NCBI GenBank assembly: GCA_037444445.1
Contig: JBBIMK010000014.1
Span: 19,626-51,625, forward strand
Direction: 5' to 3'
From: a bacterium
GTDB taxonomy: Bacteria > UBP7 > UBA6624 > JBBIMK01
DNA: 32,000 nt
Shown piece by piece: positions 1 through 9,304 of this stretch (position 1 is the stretch's first letter; each line of letters begins with the position of its first letter). Both the position numbers and the translations under genes were made by a program. The notes beneath the pieces were generated by a model. That model had not been told where the DNA came from. It saw only the letters and a list, made by a program, of their open reading frames with translations, and made no database searches.

Positions 1-1740
1 TTTGCGGAAGAGCCTGCACCGGAGGGGCGGGAGAAACTTCGCCAGCGGGTATTTCAAATCTTTGACGAAGCCATGGCTATGGCGGAGAAAAGCCACGACT
101 CCAGCAGAAGGAGTGGAGCACTTTATGTTCTGACAGTGGAGATGGCAAAAGTGGATGTAGACCGTGCCGTGAAAGTGGCGATGAAAAATGAGAATCCCTA
201 CTCCAGTGCGGACGCTCTCCTTGAGGCCGCCAGGGAGTTAGTAAAAATAAATCCAGAGAGTGCCCTTGAAGTGGTGCGAAAAATTCCCGAATCTGAATTG
301 CTCCGTTTTTTAGGCATCACTTTGAAAAGATTAGATGAGAAACTGAAGGAAAAATGGCTTTACCCGGCGGAAAAATGGGCAAGGGATAATTTTGACGCCT
401 TCGCCTCTGCTAAGGCTGAGATACTCTGGCAGATTGCTGAAAATATCGGTAAGACGGATAAGGAGCGTGCCATCACACTCCTTGAGCAAGGCATCACAAC
501 GGCTGAGAAAATTATTGACCCTTACAGGAAATACAAAAGTCTACTGGAGATTCTCGTGAAGATGGCAGAAGTGGATGTCCAGCGTGCTCTGGAGTGGGCA
601 GATGAAGTCTCAGACCCCGAGGCAAAAGATGAAGCACTCCATAAAATATCTTCCGACCTCACAAAAGTAGATGTGCCCCAGGCCCTGGCAATCTCGGACA
701 AAATCGCTAACCCCACTGAAAAATCCCTAACTCTTGTGGAGATTGCCAGCGAACTCATGAAAACGGATAAAACTTCTGCCCTCGCCTTACTGGAGAAAGC
801 CACGGCCATAGCGGAAGAAATCAAATATCCGCAAAACAAAGTGGAGGTATACAGCGATATAGCCTCTCAACTGGCTGAGATGGAACCGGGGCGTGCCCTT
901 AGTCTCTTTGAAGTAGCCATTCATATAGCGGAAAACGAGATGTATGACGGGTGGAGGAAAGACTACGCCTTTTCCGTTATCTCCAGGGGTCTTTCCAGGG
1001 TGGATATAGGGAGGGCCCTGGAAGTTTCAGAGAAAATAACCGCTCTAAATGAGAAGGCAGAGACTCTTGAAAGCATTGCGATTCAGGCGGTGAGGACATC
1101 CCCCGACCTGGTTTTAGAAATCGTGGAGCAAATGCCCGAGTTTGAACCGAAGCCTGCGTCGTGGCTCAATAAGGATGGCCTCCTTTCCAGTCTCGCCAGA
1201 AAAGCGGCAAGAGTAAATCTTTCTTTGTCTCTTCAAGTAGTGGAGAAGATTCCTGACCCTTACTGGAAGAACCTCTCATGGGTTGAAATCGCTGAACCCC
1301 TGGCGGAAGTAGATTTAAGAAAAGCCCTTGACATCGTGGAGAAAGTGGTAGACCCTGGATGGAAGGCAGATGTTTTTCATCATATCGCCAATAGATTGGT
1401 GGACCGCCAGCCCGACCTTGCCGTAAGTTTCTATGAACGCGCCCTGATAGAAGCCAGGAAACTGGAAAATGAAAAAGATACAGCCATGGTGAGTCGCTTC
1501 ATCGCATCAGACCTCGCAAGGGTGGATGTGGAGCGAGCCATAGAGATTGCGGAGAAAATCACAATGCCGGGCTGGAAAGCATGGGCTTTCTATGACATCG
1601 CTATGAAAGTATTACCGAAAGAACGAAACCGGGGTTTGAGCCTTCTTGAACAATCTCTAAAACTCGGCAGGCAAAGAGAAAACCCCGACATCCTTGCCAG
1701 GGTAGCATCTGCTCTGTGGCAGGTGGGCGCAGGGAAATAA
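1..1740 (+). CDS. alpha-helical (HEAT/ARM-like) repeat protein, probably 5'-partial
   Basis: Frame 1 has no stop from nt 1 to the ATG at 73, so the gene probably begins left of the window. About 14 degenerate 32-40 aa repeats are anchored on A(K/E/R)VD(V/L)xRA(L/I)E(I/V)xEKI, often followed by DP(G/Y)WK. No catalytic motif recognised. Confidence 0.6.
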   Translation, partial: FAEEPAPEGREKLRQRVFQIFDEAMAMAEKSHDSSRRSGALYVLTVEMAKVDVDRAVKVAMKNENPYSSADALLEAARELVKINPESALEVVRKIPESELLRFLGITLKRLDEKLKEKWLYPAEKWARDNFDAFASAKAEILWQIAENIGKTDKERAITLLEQGITTAEKIIDPYRKYKSLLEILVKMAEVDVQRALEWADEVSDPEAKDEALHKISSDLTKVDVPQALAISDKIANPTEKSLTLVEIASELMKTDKTSALALLEKATAIAEEIKYPQNKVEVYSDIASQLAEMEPGRALSLFEVAIHIAENEMYDGWRKDYAFSVISRGLSRVDIGRALEVSEKITALNEKAETLESIAIQAVRTSPDLVLEIVEQMPEFEPKPASWLNKDGLLSSLARKAARVNLSLSLQVVEKIPDPYWKNLSWVEIAEPLAEVDLRKALDIVEKVVDPGWKADVFHHIANRLVDRQPDLAVSFYERALIEARKLENEKDTAMVSRFIASDLARVDVERAIEIAEKITMPGWKAWAFYDIAMKVLPKERNRGLSLLEQSLKLGRQRENPDILARVASALWQVGAGK

Positions 1741-1780
1741 TGACCCTTTTGGGGTCAGGCACCAAACGGTGTCATTATTT
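1735..1780. repeat. 46-nt double-hairpin intergenic element, copy 1 (forward orientation)
   Basis: AAATAATGACCCTTTTGGGGTCAGGCACCAAACGGTGTCATTATTT. Termini AAATAATGAC/GTCATTATTT are inverted repeats. Two internal 6-bp hairpins: TGACCC..GGGTCA and GGCACC..GGTGTC. The TAA stop of the upstream gene (1738-1740) lies inside the left terminus. Confidence 0.8.
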
Positions 1781-1807
1781 TGTGATTTACAATTATACCG
1801 GGTTGAG

Positions 1808-4800
1808 ATGGAAGAAGGGTGGGCAGAGCGATTGGGGTTGAACCCGGAGCAGTGGTCAGCGGTGAAGGCGCTGGCATCGGGAGGTGGGACATCTGGTGGG
1901 GGGAATTTGCTGGTGAGCGCCGCTGCGGGCAGTGGAAAGACGCGAACCCTGGTGGGCGCCTACCTGTATCTTTTCGCCACTGGCTCTGCTCCGCTGGAAC
2001 GCATTGTGGCAATTACCTTCACGGAGAAGGCGGGCGGAGAACTCCGTGCCAGAATCCGGGAAGGCATCCTGAATCTAAAACCTGAAATTCTCCACCCGGA
2101 ATCCGTAATGGAGCGCCTGGCGGAGGCACCCATCGGCACCATTCACTCCTTCTGCGGACGAATTCTCAGGGATTATGCGGGCGAAGCGGGCTTGCCCCCG
2201 GATTTTGAAGTCCTTCAGCCGGTGGAAAGCCAGTATCTGTTAGAGAAGGTGGCGCGAAACTGCCTGTCCCCACTGCTGGTGGCTTCCCGAAAAGAAAACG
2301 GGAGGGCAGATACCCTGACCGCCCTGCTGGCGCGGAATGAGTATCGCTTTTCTTCTATTCTAAAAAGCATTGTGGAAATCATCCTCTCGGCGAGAACGCG
2401 CCACCTGCCCCCGGAGAAGTGGACGGTGTATGGCTTGAAGGCGGAGGAGAGAAGTCAGGAGACAAAAGACAGGAAACAAACAGCGGGACAAGAGGCTCAA
2501 GAGAATACAATCCATAGTCAAAAGCCCGATGAATTAAAGTATACGAAAGATATTCTATTGTTAACAAAATATGTATATGATTCGTTTATAAAAGAGAAAA
2601 AGAGGCAGGGGTTGGTGGATTTTGATGACCTGTTAGAGAAGGTTCACGACCTTCTCACCGCCCATGAGGATATAGCGATAGAGGTATCTGGTCGATTCCC
2701 TTATATTCTCGTGGACGAATTTCAGGATACGGATATTCTGCAATATGCCATTTTTCAGGCTTTGCATCGGAAGGGAGCCAGGTTTTTCTTTGTGGGCGAC
2801 CCGAAGCAGTCCATCTATCGCTTCCGTGGCGCAGAAGTGGCTTGCTTCTATCAGGCGAGGAAGGATTTTCAGGTGACTCCATTGCACCTCTCCTGTAACT
2901 ACCGCTCCCGAAAGGGTCTGGTGGAGTATTACAACCGCTTCTTCTCCCTCACTTTTTCGGAAGGGCTCCAGGAGATACCCTACGAATATATGAAGCCCGC
3001 TCGGGAATCCACCTCATCGGGAAATGAGGGAGAATCGCTACCGGTTTCCGTCATCCTCCACCTGTCCACCTTCGTGGAAGAATTACGAGCCTTTGAGGTG
3101 AAGCGACTGGTTTCCCTCCTGCAGGAACTCAGGGCAGGGGGGCTGGAATGGGGCGACATCGCAGTGTTATTACGGAATTTTAGCCGGATTGTCCATTATG
3201 AATCCGCTCTCACCCGGGCTGGCATACCCTTCTTCACCTTCTCCGGCAGGGGGTTCTGGGACTCGCCTGAAATCCACGACTTCATCAACTTTCTCCGCTG
3301 CCTTCTCTTCCCGGCGGACAGGTTAGCGTATGCTTCCGTCCTGAAATCCCCCTTCGGCGGTGTTTCGGATGAAGGCTTGATGGCGCATTTTACGAAAACG
3401 AGGGTGGAAAGCGAGCCTCTGAAGGAGGATGCCCTTCGCATTCAAGCGGTAGATGAGTTGCTCACCGGGTTTCGTGAGAGGATGTGGAAAATCCCTCTTC
3501 CACGCCTTCTGGAGGAAATACTTCAGGAGTCCTGGGTGGGGGCGGTGTTATTAGCCACCCCGGGCGGGCTCAGAAAATATGCCAACCTGAAAAAACTCGT
3601 GGATTTAGCCAGGTCCCTCTCCAGAAGGTTCTCACTCACTCTGCCCGATTTCTTAGAGTATTTTCAGGTGTTCCAGGAGCGAGGGGCGGTGGAAGGGCCT
3701 GCTCCGGTGGATGTGCAGGATAAATCCACGGTGAAGTTCTTAACAGTCCACGCCGCAAAAGGTCTGGAATTCCCCGTGGTCATTCTGGTGGACAATTATT
3801 ATCACCTGCCCTCGCCGCCGGACATCCTGGTCTCCTCCCGCTATCGTTCGGATTTTTACCCGGATGAAGGCATTCTCGTCCGCACGCCGGAAACGGATGA
3901 AAAGGGCGAAAAACTGAAAGCCCCCCTGTTCAATCAACTCCTGAAGTGTGAGCGGATGAGGGAAAGGGAGGAAGAGAAACGAGGGCTGTATGTGGCCTGC
4001 ACCCGGGCGATGGACCGCCTCATCTTTTTCTTCAGCGCCAAAGTGAAGGAGGATAAAAAAAACAGGAGATGGATGCTGGACTTCCCCAAAAATGCCAGCC
4101 ATTGCTTCTCCACTCTGTTTGCTCTGGGACACGGGCTTTATGAATCCTTTAGAGACGAAGGGGATGGAACGCGGGGAAAACCATCCAGCCTGCTGGATGC
4201 CACTTCTATACAAGAGTTACAATCGTTGGTGGAATCGCATCTTCGGAAAGAAGGGCTTGAGGTGTTGAGTTGGGAGCCTGAAGTCCGTGGTCCAGAGGCG
4301 TCCGCCCCGGCTGTTCCTGTGGAAATGTCGGCGGTGGAGTATCAGAGGCGTTTCGCTCCCATACCTGCGCCTGAATGGAAGGGAATTCGTGAAGCGGTGA
4401 AAGTGGAAGCAGAGCCGCCCACCGAGGCAGAAGCCCGCTGGGGAAACATCCTCCATCGCTTCCTTTACCTCTGGGATTTTCAGCCCCAAACCGCACAGCG
4501 GGTGCTGGAGAAGGTGAGCCGAGAATTCGCTCTCTCTAAAGCCATGATGCTGGAAGTGAAAGAGATGACGGAAAACATCCTGAAAACCCCTTTACCCGGG
4601 TGGGTGGAGTCCGCAGTAAGAGTTCATAAAGAGTTCAGCCTGTATGAGAGAGGTGAGGCTGGCTGGGTTCACGGCAAAGCTGACCTGATTCTCATCTATC
4701 CCGACTCCTTCATCCTCGTGGATTACAAAGTCACGACTGGAGAAATAGAGCCCTATCGCCCGCAGTTAGCCTCCTACACCCGTATACTGAAAGAGAGCCT

Positions 4801-4864
4801 GGCACTCCCCCCTCGCGGAACCTACATTCTCGTTTTACCATCCACCACCCTGATTCGGCTGTGA
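1808..4864 (+). CDS. UvrD/PcrA/AddA-like SF1 helicase fused to a C-terminal RecB-type PD-(D/E)xK nuclease
   Basis: SF1 motifs present: AAAGSGKT (I), VDEFQDTD (II), VGDPKQSIYRFRGA (III), NYRS (IV), VHAAKGLEFPVV (V), LYVACTRA (VI). C-terminal GKADLILIY..ILVDYKV..QLASY is a RecB-family nuclease signature. Start moved from the ORF-track GTG at 1769, which lies inside the repeat element, to the in-frame ATG at 1808. Confidence 0.85.
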   Translation: MEEGWAERLGLNPEQWSAVKALASGGGTSGGGNLLVSAAAGSGKTRTLVGAYLYLFATGSAPLERIVAITFTEKAGGELRARIREGILNLKPEILHPESVMERLAEAPIGTIHSFCGRILRDYAGEAGLPPDFEVLQPVESQYLLEKVARNCLSPLLVASRKENGRADTLTALLARNEYRFSSILKSIVEIILSARTRHLPPEKWTVYGLKAEERSQETKDRKQTAGQEAQENTIHSQKPDELKYTKDILLLTKYVYDSFIKEKKRQGLVDFDDLLEKVHDLLTAHEDIAIEVSGRFPYILVDEFQDTDILQYAIFQALHRKGARFFFVGDPKQSIYRFRGAEVACFYQARKDFQVTPLHLSCNYRSRKGLVEYYNRFFSLTFSEGLQEIPYEYMKPARESTSSGNEGESLPVSVILHLSTFVEELRAFEVKRLVSLLQELRAGGLEWGDIAVLLRNFSRIVHYESALTRAGIPFFTFSGRGFWDSPEIHDFINFLRCLLFPADRLAYASVLKSPFGGVSDEGLMAHFTKTRVESEPLKEDALRIQAVDELLTGFRERMWKIPLPRLLEEILQESWVGAVLLATPGGLRKYANLKKLVDLARSLSRRFSLTLPDFLEYFQVFQERGAVEGPAPVDVQDKSTVKFLTVHAAKGLEFPVVILVDNYYHLPSPPDILVSSRYRSDFYPDEGILVRTPETDEKGEKLKAPLFNQLLKCERMREREEEKRGLYVACTRAMDRLIFFFSAKVKEDKKNRRWMLDFPKNASHCFSTLFALGHGLYESFRDEGDGTRGKPSSLLDATSIQELQSLVESHLRKEGLEVLSWEPEVRGPEASAPAVPVEMSAVEYQRRFAPIPAPEWKGIREAVKVEAEPPTEAEARWGNILHRFLYLWDFQPQTAQRVLEKVSREFALSKAMMLEVKEMTENILKTPLPGWVESAVRVHKEFSLYERGEAGWVHGKADLILIYPDSFILVDYKVTTGEIEPYRPQLASYTRILKESLALPPRGTYILVLPSTTLIRL

Positions 4865-4912
4865 AACATTCACCGCTATCTACTCTCTTCTGTGTGATAG
4901 GATAATACTGGC

Positions 4913-6481
4913 ATGGCGGAAGGGAAGAGAGAGAGTTTCATCCCTCTTTCACTTTTTTTGTTTTCTTTCTTTCTCCTTCTGGTTCGGTCGGCTCTTTACA
5001 GTTATTGGGCCGATGAAGCCTACACAGCCCTTGTGGTGGTTCAGCCGTGGGATGCTTACTGGAAGACCCTGCTGGAGGATGTGCACCCTCCACTCTACTG
5101 GCTGGTCTTGAAGCCGTGGGCGATGGTAGCGGGGAATTCGGAACTCGCCCTCCGTTATCCCTCCATCCTCTTTGCCCTGGGCTGTCTTGCCCTTTTCATA
5201 GCACTCATCCGCAGGATGTTTCCCGAAAAAGGAGTGGAGAGCCTGCTGGGTTTTCTCCTGGCACTCTCTCCAGCGTTCCTCCTTTATGCCCCTATGGCTC
5301 GCTATTATTCTATCTCCCTCTTCCTCTTTCTCCTTTCCACGCTTTTCTTTCTGGAGGCTGTGGAAGGGATGCCACGGCAAACGACGGGGTGGAGAGGACC
5401 GGGTTCCTGGAGGTGGGGGTTGTATGCCTTCTTTCTCGCTATGCTCATTTATACGGACCCGGTGGCGTGGACGGGGGCTATCTTTCACTTTGCCTATCTT
5501 CTGGTGCGCGGTGAAAAGGGGAAGGGCCTCTGGCTCTTCTGCTGGATGGTCTCCTTTCTTGTTTTTCTTCCGTATGTTCCGATTCTCGTAGAGGCGATAA
5601 GGGCGCACGGGGCGGAGGTTCATCTTTCCCCGATGGGGATGGTGAAGGAATGGGTGTTGAAGGCAGGATTTGGGGGCTGGGATTTCCTGCTGGGGCAGTT
5701 TGTTCCGCCCCTGTGGCTCGCAATCCCCGGGGGGCTATGCGCCCTGATTCTCAGCCTGTTCGGTTATTTTCATCTGCCCGCCCCCTCTTCTGTCCTGCCT
5801 GTTCCCTTCAGTAGAAGATTCTTCTTTCTGCTTGTTTGGGCTCTTCCTGCCTATGCCCTTTTGATGACGGCAGGTATTCGCATCGGGATTGAGTTTTTCC
5901 CTGCCCGCGTGTTCTTCCTGCTTCCAGCATTCGTTGTCTTGCCTGGATTGGGGATAGAAAGGTGTGTGAAATGGAAGCCCGGTGTTGTATGGTTTCTCCC
6001 TCTGGTCTACCTGATGAACCTGGGTAATGCGGATGCTCTTTTACTCCTTAGAGAGAATGCTCTATTCTCCACCTATGTCATCCGATGTGGCGAGGAGGCG
6101 CAGATGGCGAGGATGCAAACGGAACCCGGGGTTGAGTCCATCATCGTGGCTGATGAGGTTTGTATGCTGTTTTATCTAAAGGGTCAGCGAGAAGTGTTTA
6201 TTCTGAATGAGAAGGGAAAACTCCCCGCTTTGCGGGATGAAATTATACAGAAATTGCCGGGGAGGGTGGTGGTGAACTGGAACCCGAAAGATGTCACGGG
6301 TGGAGCAATGAAGGAGTTTCTGCAGTGGCTTTCCCTGGCTTACGGAGACCTGACCATCGGGCAGGAGAAAGAGTCTCCTCATATAACTTACCTGAAGCGG
6401 CTTGCGGGCATTTCGTCCCCGGTGATAAAACGCGAGATGAGGGTGTGGTCTGTTCTTCCGATTGACCCGAGGGTAGAATGA
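4913..6481 (+). CDS. polytopic membrane glycosyltransferase, GT-C fold (ArnT/PMT-like, GT39/GT83 type)
   Basis: Many hydrophobic segments. An early-loop YWADEAYTA acidic motif is typical of ArnT/PMT-type enzymes. A 4-nt ATGA overlap with the downstream GT4 gene indicates translational coupling. Confidence 0.6.
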   Translation: MAEGKRESFIPLSLFLFSFFLLLVRSALYSYWADEAYTALVVVQPWDAYWKTLLEDVHPPLYWLVLKPWAMVAGNSELALRYPSILFALGCLALFIALIRRMFPEKGVESLLGFLLALSPAFLLYAPMARYYSISLFLFLLSTLFFLEAVEGMPRQTTGWRGPGSWRWGLYAFFLAMLIYTDPVAWTGAIFHFAYLLVRGEKGKGLWLFCWMVSFLVFLPYVPILVEAIRAHGAEVHLSPMGMVKEWVLKAGFGGWDFLLGQFVPPLWLAIPGGLCALILSLFGYFHLPAPSSVLPVPFSRRFFFLLVWALPAYALLMTAGIRIGIEFFPARVFFLLPAFVVLPGLGIERCVKWKPGVVWFLPLVYLMNLGNADALLLLRENALFSTYVIRCGEEAQMARMQTEPGVESIIVADEVCMLFYLKGQREVFILNEKGKLPALRDEIIQKLPGRVVVNWNPKDVTGGAMKEFLQWLSLAYGDLTIGQEKESPHITYLKRLAGISSPVIKREMRVWSVLPIDPRVE

Positions 6482-7566
6482 GAGTGGGGCTGGACATTTC
6501 CAGCATCGTTCACGGGGCGGGCATCGGACGGTATACCGCCCTCCTCGCCGACGCCCTGAACACTTTAACGGATAAAGAGGTGGAACTTTTCTTCTTCTCT
6601 CGCCGGAACTTGCCCATCCATCTCCGCTGGGAGAAGGCTCATATTCGGGTTCTTCCTTCCTCCCGTCTCCTCTACCATCTGCTCTACCTCGGAATGGAGT
6701 TGAGAAAGGAGGGAGTGGAGGTTTTTCATTCTCCCGACTTTCTCCTCCCCCTCGGATTAAGGATACCGGGCATCATCACCGTGCATGACCTGTCGCCGTG
6801 GGATGAGCCTGAGAGCGTGAGTCACCGGGCACGAATCCTGTATCGCTGGTTCCTCCCCGCCTCCATCCGAAAGGCGAGCAGGGTCGTTGTGGATTCCGGG
6901 TTCACCCGCTCCCGCTTGTGCCATCACTTTCCCCAATCTGCTGAAAAGGTTCAGGTAGTCTATCCCGGTATTTCATCCGCCTTCAAGCCTCTTTCCCGGG
7001 AGAGGGTGGAAGAAGTCCTGTCTCGCTATCACATTTCCTCTCCCTATGCGTTGTTCGTGGGCACCCTGGAGGAGCGGAAGAATTTCCCTCTCCTATCCCG
7101 TGTAGTAGAAGGCTTGCAGAAGGACCATCCCATCGGCCTGGTGGTGGTGGGGCGGAAGGGAAGCGCAGGGTCTAAAATCCTCTCACAACTTCAAAAAATC
7201 CCTCACTTCCGGTGGGTTCCTCACCTGAACGATGAGGATTTATGTGCGGTTTACAGCGGCTGTGCCCTCTTCCTCTTTCCATCCCGGTATGAAGGCTTCG
7301 GCTACCCACCCCTGGAGGCTATGGCGTGTGGAGCGCCCGTGGTGGCAAGCAGGGTAGCCTCCCTGCCCGAATCCGTGGGTGAAGGAGGCATCCTCGTAGA
7401 ACCCGAAGAAGAAACATTCCTGAAAGCCTCACGGCAGATATTGTCCGACGCTTCCTTTCGTGAAAGTCTCATCCAGAGGGGGAAAGAATGGGTGAAGCGG
7501 TTTCCTGCTTCCGCCACCGCAGTCGCTCTCCTTTCCCTGTATCGCTCCCTTGCCCCGCCAAAATAA
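6478..7566 (+). CDS. family 4 (GT-B) glycosyltransferase
   Basis: Classic GT4 C-terminal motif FPSRYEGFGYPPLEAMACGAPVVAS. N-terminal Glyco_trans_4-like region with ITVHD. Confidence 0.85.
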   Translation: MRVGLDISSIVHGAGIGRYTALLADALNTLTDKEVELFFFSRRNLPIHLRWEKAHIRVLPSSRLLYHLLYLGMELRKEGVEVFHSPDFLLPLGLRIPGIITVHDLSPWDEPESVSHRARILYRWFLPASIRKASRVVVDSGFTRSRLCHHFPQSAEKVQVVYPGISSAFKPLSRERVEEVLSRYHISSPYALFVGTLEERKNFPLLSRVVEGLQKDHPIGLVVVGRKGSAGSKILSQLQKIPHFRWVPHLNDEDLCAVYSGCALFLFPSRYEGFGYPPLEAMACGAPVVASRVASLPESVGEGGILVEPEEETFLKASRQILSDASFRESLIQRGKEWVKRFPASATAVALLSLYRSLAPPK

Positions 7567-7602
7567 TGACACCTTTTGGTGCCTGACCCCAAAAGGGTCA
7601 TT
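7562..7602. repeat. 46-nt double-hairpin intergenic element, copy 2 (reverse orientation)
   Basis: AAATAATGACACCTTTTGGTGCCTGACCCCAAAAGGGTCATT is the reverse complement of copy 1 with one substitution. The far terminus diverges. The element overlaps the GT4 TAA stop (7564-7566). Confidence 0.8.
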
Positions 7603-7658
7603 CCTATACTTTTAGACCCTATAACTTTAGAGGAGGCGGGGTAGGATGGATAGCGAAG

Positions 7659-8741
7659 ATGAAGGAACGATGGGTATGGCTTAAAAACAATGTGTGGGGT
7701 GCCGGGTTCACGACGCAGAATCATTCTGCCGGGTTTGCTACCCTCCCGATTCGCCAGGCGCAGGGGTCTGGCGACCTGACGGTTTCTGACTGGGTGTATA
7801 ACCCCGCCGACGGAGTGGAAAGGGATTACCGGGTGAAAATCACTGCCCCGGGTGAGGTGGGCACCGCTCAGTTCCAGTGGAGTGATGATGGGGGTGTCAC
7901 CTACAATGGTCCTCTCACTACCAGCACCACTCCCCAGGCTTTGAGCCACGGCATCACCATCGTTTTCGTTCCCGGAACCGGACAGGATTTCTACACCGAT
8001 GATGCCTGGCAGTTCTACGGGTTGCTTCCCCATGGGTATAAAGCCTGCACCGATGAAAATCGGAACTCCACTTTCAAATCCTCCTCCGCCGTCTCTTCCG
8101 TCAATCCATTGATTTTGACGCTGGATTACTCGTCAGCCGGACGGATGGATGCCCTCATTCTGTATGATGCGGTGAACTTAAGGAAGGTGGAGGTGGTGTG
8201 TGGGGATAGTTCGCCCCCGGCTACGCTTCTGACTGCACTGACCTTTTCCGCCTCGCCGGCGAAGATTTTCATAGACCTTTCGGGGTTCAGTCCGACCCCA
8301 CATCGCTACTGGGCATTGAAGTTCTATCCACTGACGGATGGGGTTCCTGTAGAAATTTCAGAAATGGTGGTGGGGGAGGCTTTGAATTTCAGCCCCTCGC
8401 CCCTACCACCCATTTTCGTTCAGAAGTGGGTGGAGGAGAAGGCAGGAATCCTCTATCGTTCCGGCTCCACGCTGTCTTTCTCTTATCCTGAACTTACTGC
8501 AAGCCAGCGAGAGGCGATGGAATTCTATTTATCCGAAGTTTTTCATTCATCCATTCAAAGGGCGGTGGCGGTGGCCCGCCTGCCCTCCGGCGCCTCCACT
8601 ACCTATAAGGTCTGGCTGGGTTATCTGCGAGCCCGAGAGAAGGAAGTGGACGGACTAAAGCCTTATTTCTCCTACCGGGAAGCGGATGCCTCCCACCAGG
8701 CCATTTCCTTCCTCCTTGATGAATTGCCTGAGGGCGTGTGA
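7659..8741 (+). CDS. hypothetical protein with a single BNR/Asp-box motif
   Basis: 360-aa ORF. FQWSDDGGVTYNG matches the Asp-box pattern SxDxGxT(W/Y). No signal peptide or other recognisable motif. Start is uncertain because the strong AGGAGG at 7630 serves a 12-codon mini-ORF (ATG 7646) rather than this ATG. Confidence 0.5.
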   Translation: MKERWVWLKNNVWGAGFTTQNHSAGFATLPIRQAQGSGDLTVSDWVYNPADGVERDYRVKITAPGEVGTAQFQWSDDGGVTYNGPLTTSTTPQALSHGITIVFVPGTGQDFYTDDAWQFYGLLPHGYKACTDENRNSTFKSSSAVSSVNPLILTLDYSSAGRMDALILYDAVNLRKVEVVCGDSSPPATLLTALTFSASPAKIFIDLSGFSPTPHRYWALKFYPLTDGVPVEISEMVVGEALNFSPSPLPPIFVQKWVEEKAGILYRSGSTLSFSYPELTASQREAMEFYLSEVFHSSIQRAVAVARLPSGASTTYKVWLGYLRAREKEVDGLKPYFSYREADASHQAISFLLDELPEGV

Positions 8742-9212
8742 GTGGGGCTGGGGAGTATGCCTGAAAAAATGAAATATGTGGTGTGGATAACCGGGAGGAG
8801 AGGGGTTCATGGGTTTTACTCTCAAAAGAGCCAACCGCCCCTCACTCTGGATGCCCGTGAAACGGTTACGATTTACACCTTGGATGGACCCGTCTCCCTG
8901 CCCGTTTTACATATTTCTCCTTCCCTGAAACGGCTCAGCGCACTGCCTTACTCCTTGCTGACTGAGCGCTCTCGTCCCGTTGTGGAAGCACTTCTTGTGA
9001 ACTCTGCCAGTGAAATCAGTGAACAATTCCTCCTGAACTCCCACCGGGTTTCAGGGATAATGGATACCTTTTACAACGGAACTCTGCAGGTGGATGGGGT
9101 GAAGGAAGAGCCCGATGGCTTCCTGAAACTGGAGCCATTGTTTTCTGGCAGGATTACCCTCGTTCATCTCCTATCGGATGAAGTGAAAGTGAGAAGTGAG
9201 GGGTGGGAGTGA
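8742..9212 (+). CDS. hypothetical protein
   Basis: ORF abuts the upstream stop (TGA 8739-8741, then GTG 8742). Alternative ATG starts at 8757 and 8769. No motif recognised. Confidence 0.4.
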   Translation: MGLGSMPEKMKYVVWITGRRGVHGFYSQKSQPPLTLDARETVTIYTLDGPVSLPVLHISPSLKRLSALPYSLLTERSRPVVEALLVNSASEISEQFLLNSHRVSGIMDTFYNGTLQVDGVKEEPDGFLKLEPLFSGRITLVHLLSDEVKVRSEGWE

Positions 9213-9304
9213 AGAAGGGGAGGCAGGCAGGGTGAAGTGGAGAAGCGGGAGTCGGAGGATTGAAATTCAATGGTCTATTGTTCAAAAAAGGGGAGGGATA
9301 TAGG

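Noticed and set aside
1769-1807. ORF-track GTG start for the helicase-nuclease
   Set aside because: The first 13 codons lie within or directly after the 46-nt repeat element. The in-frame ATG at 1808 begins the conserved N-terminus (..LNPEQWSAV).
3740-5623. 157-aa and 224-aa minus-strand ORFs inside the helicase and GT-C genes
   Set aside because: They are antisense to genes with clear motifs or membrane topology. They have no Shine-Dalgarno sequence and no recognisable motif.
7646-7684. 12-codon mini-ORF (MDSEDEGTMGMA) as an independent gene
   Set aside because: It is too short to support as a gene. It is noted only as a possible leader or coupling feature for the 7659 ORF.
7302-8033. 243-aa minus-strand ORF spanning the GT4 3' end, the repeat element and the 5' end of the 360-aa ORF
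   Set aside because: It would read straight through the conserved intergenic hairpin element and overlap the GT4 catalytic motif region on the opposite strand. Its translation is unremarkable.
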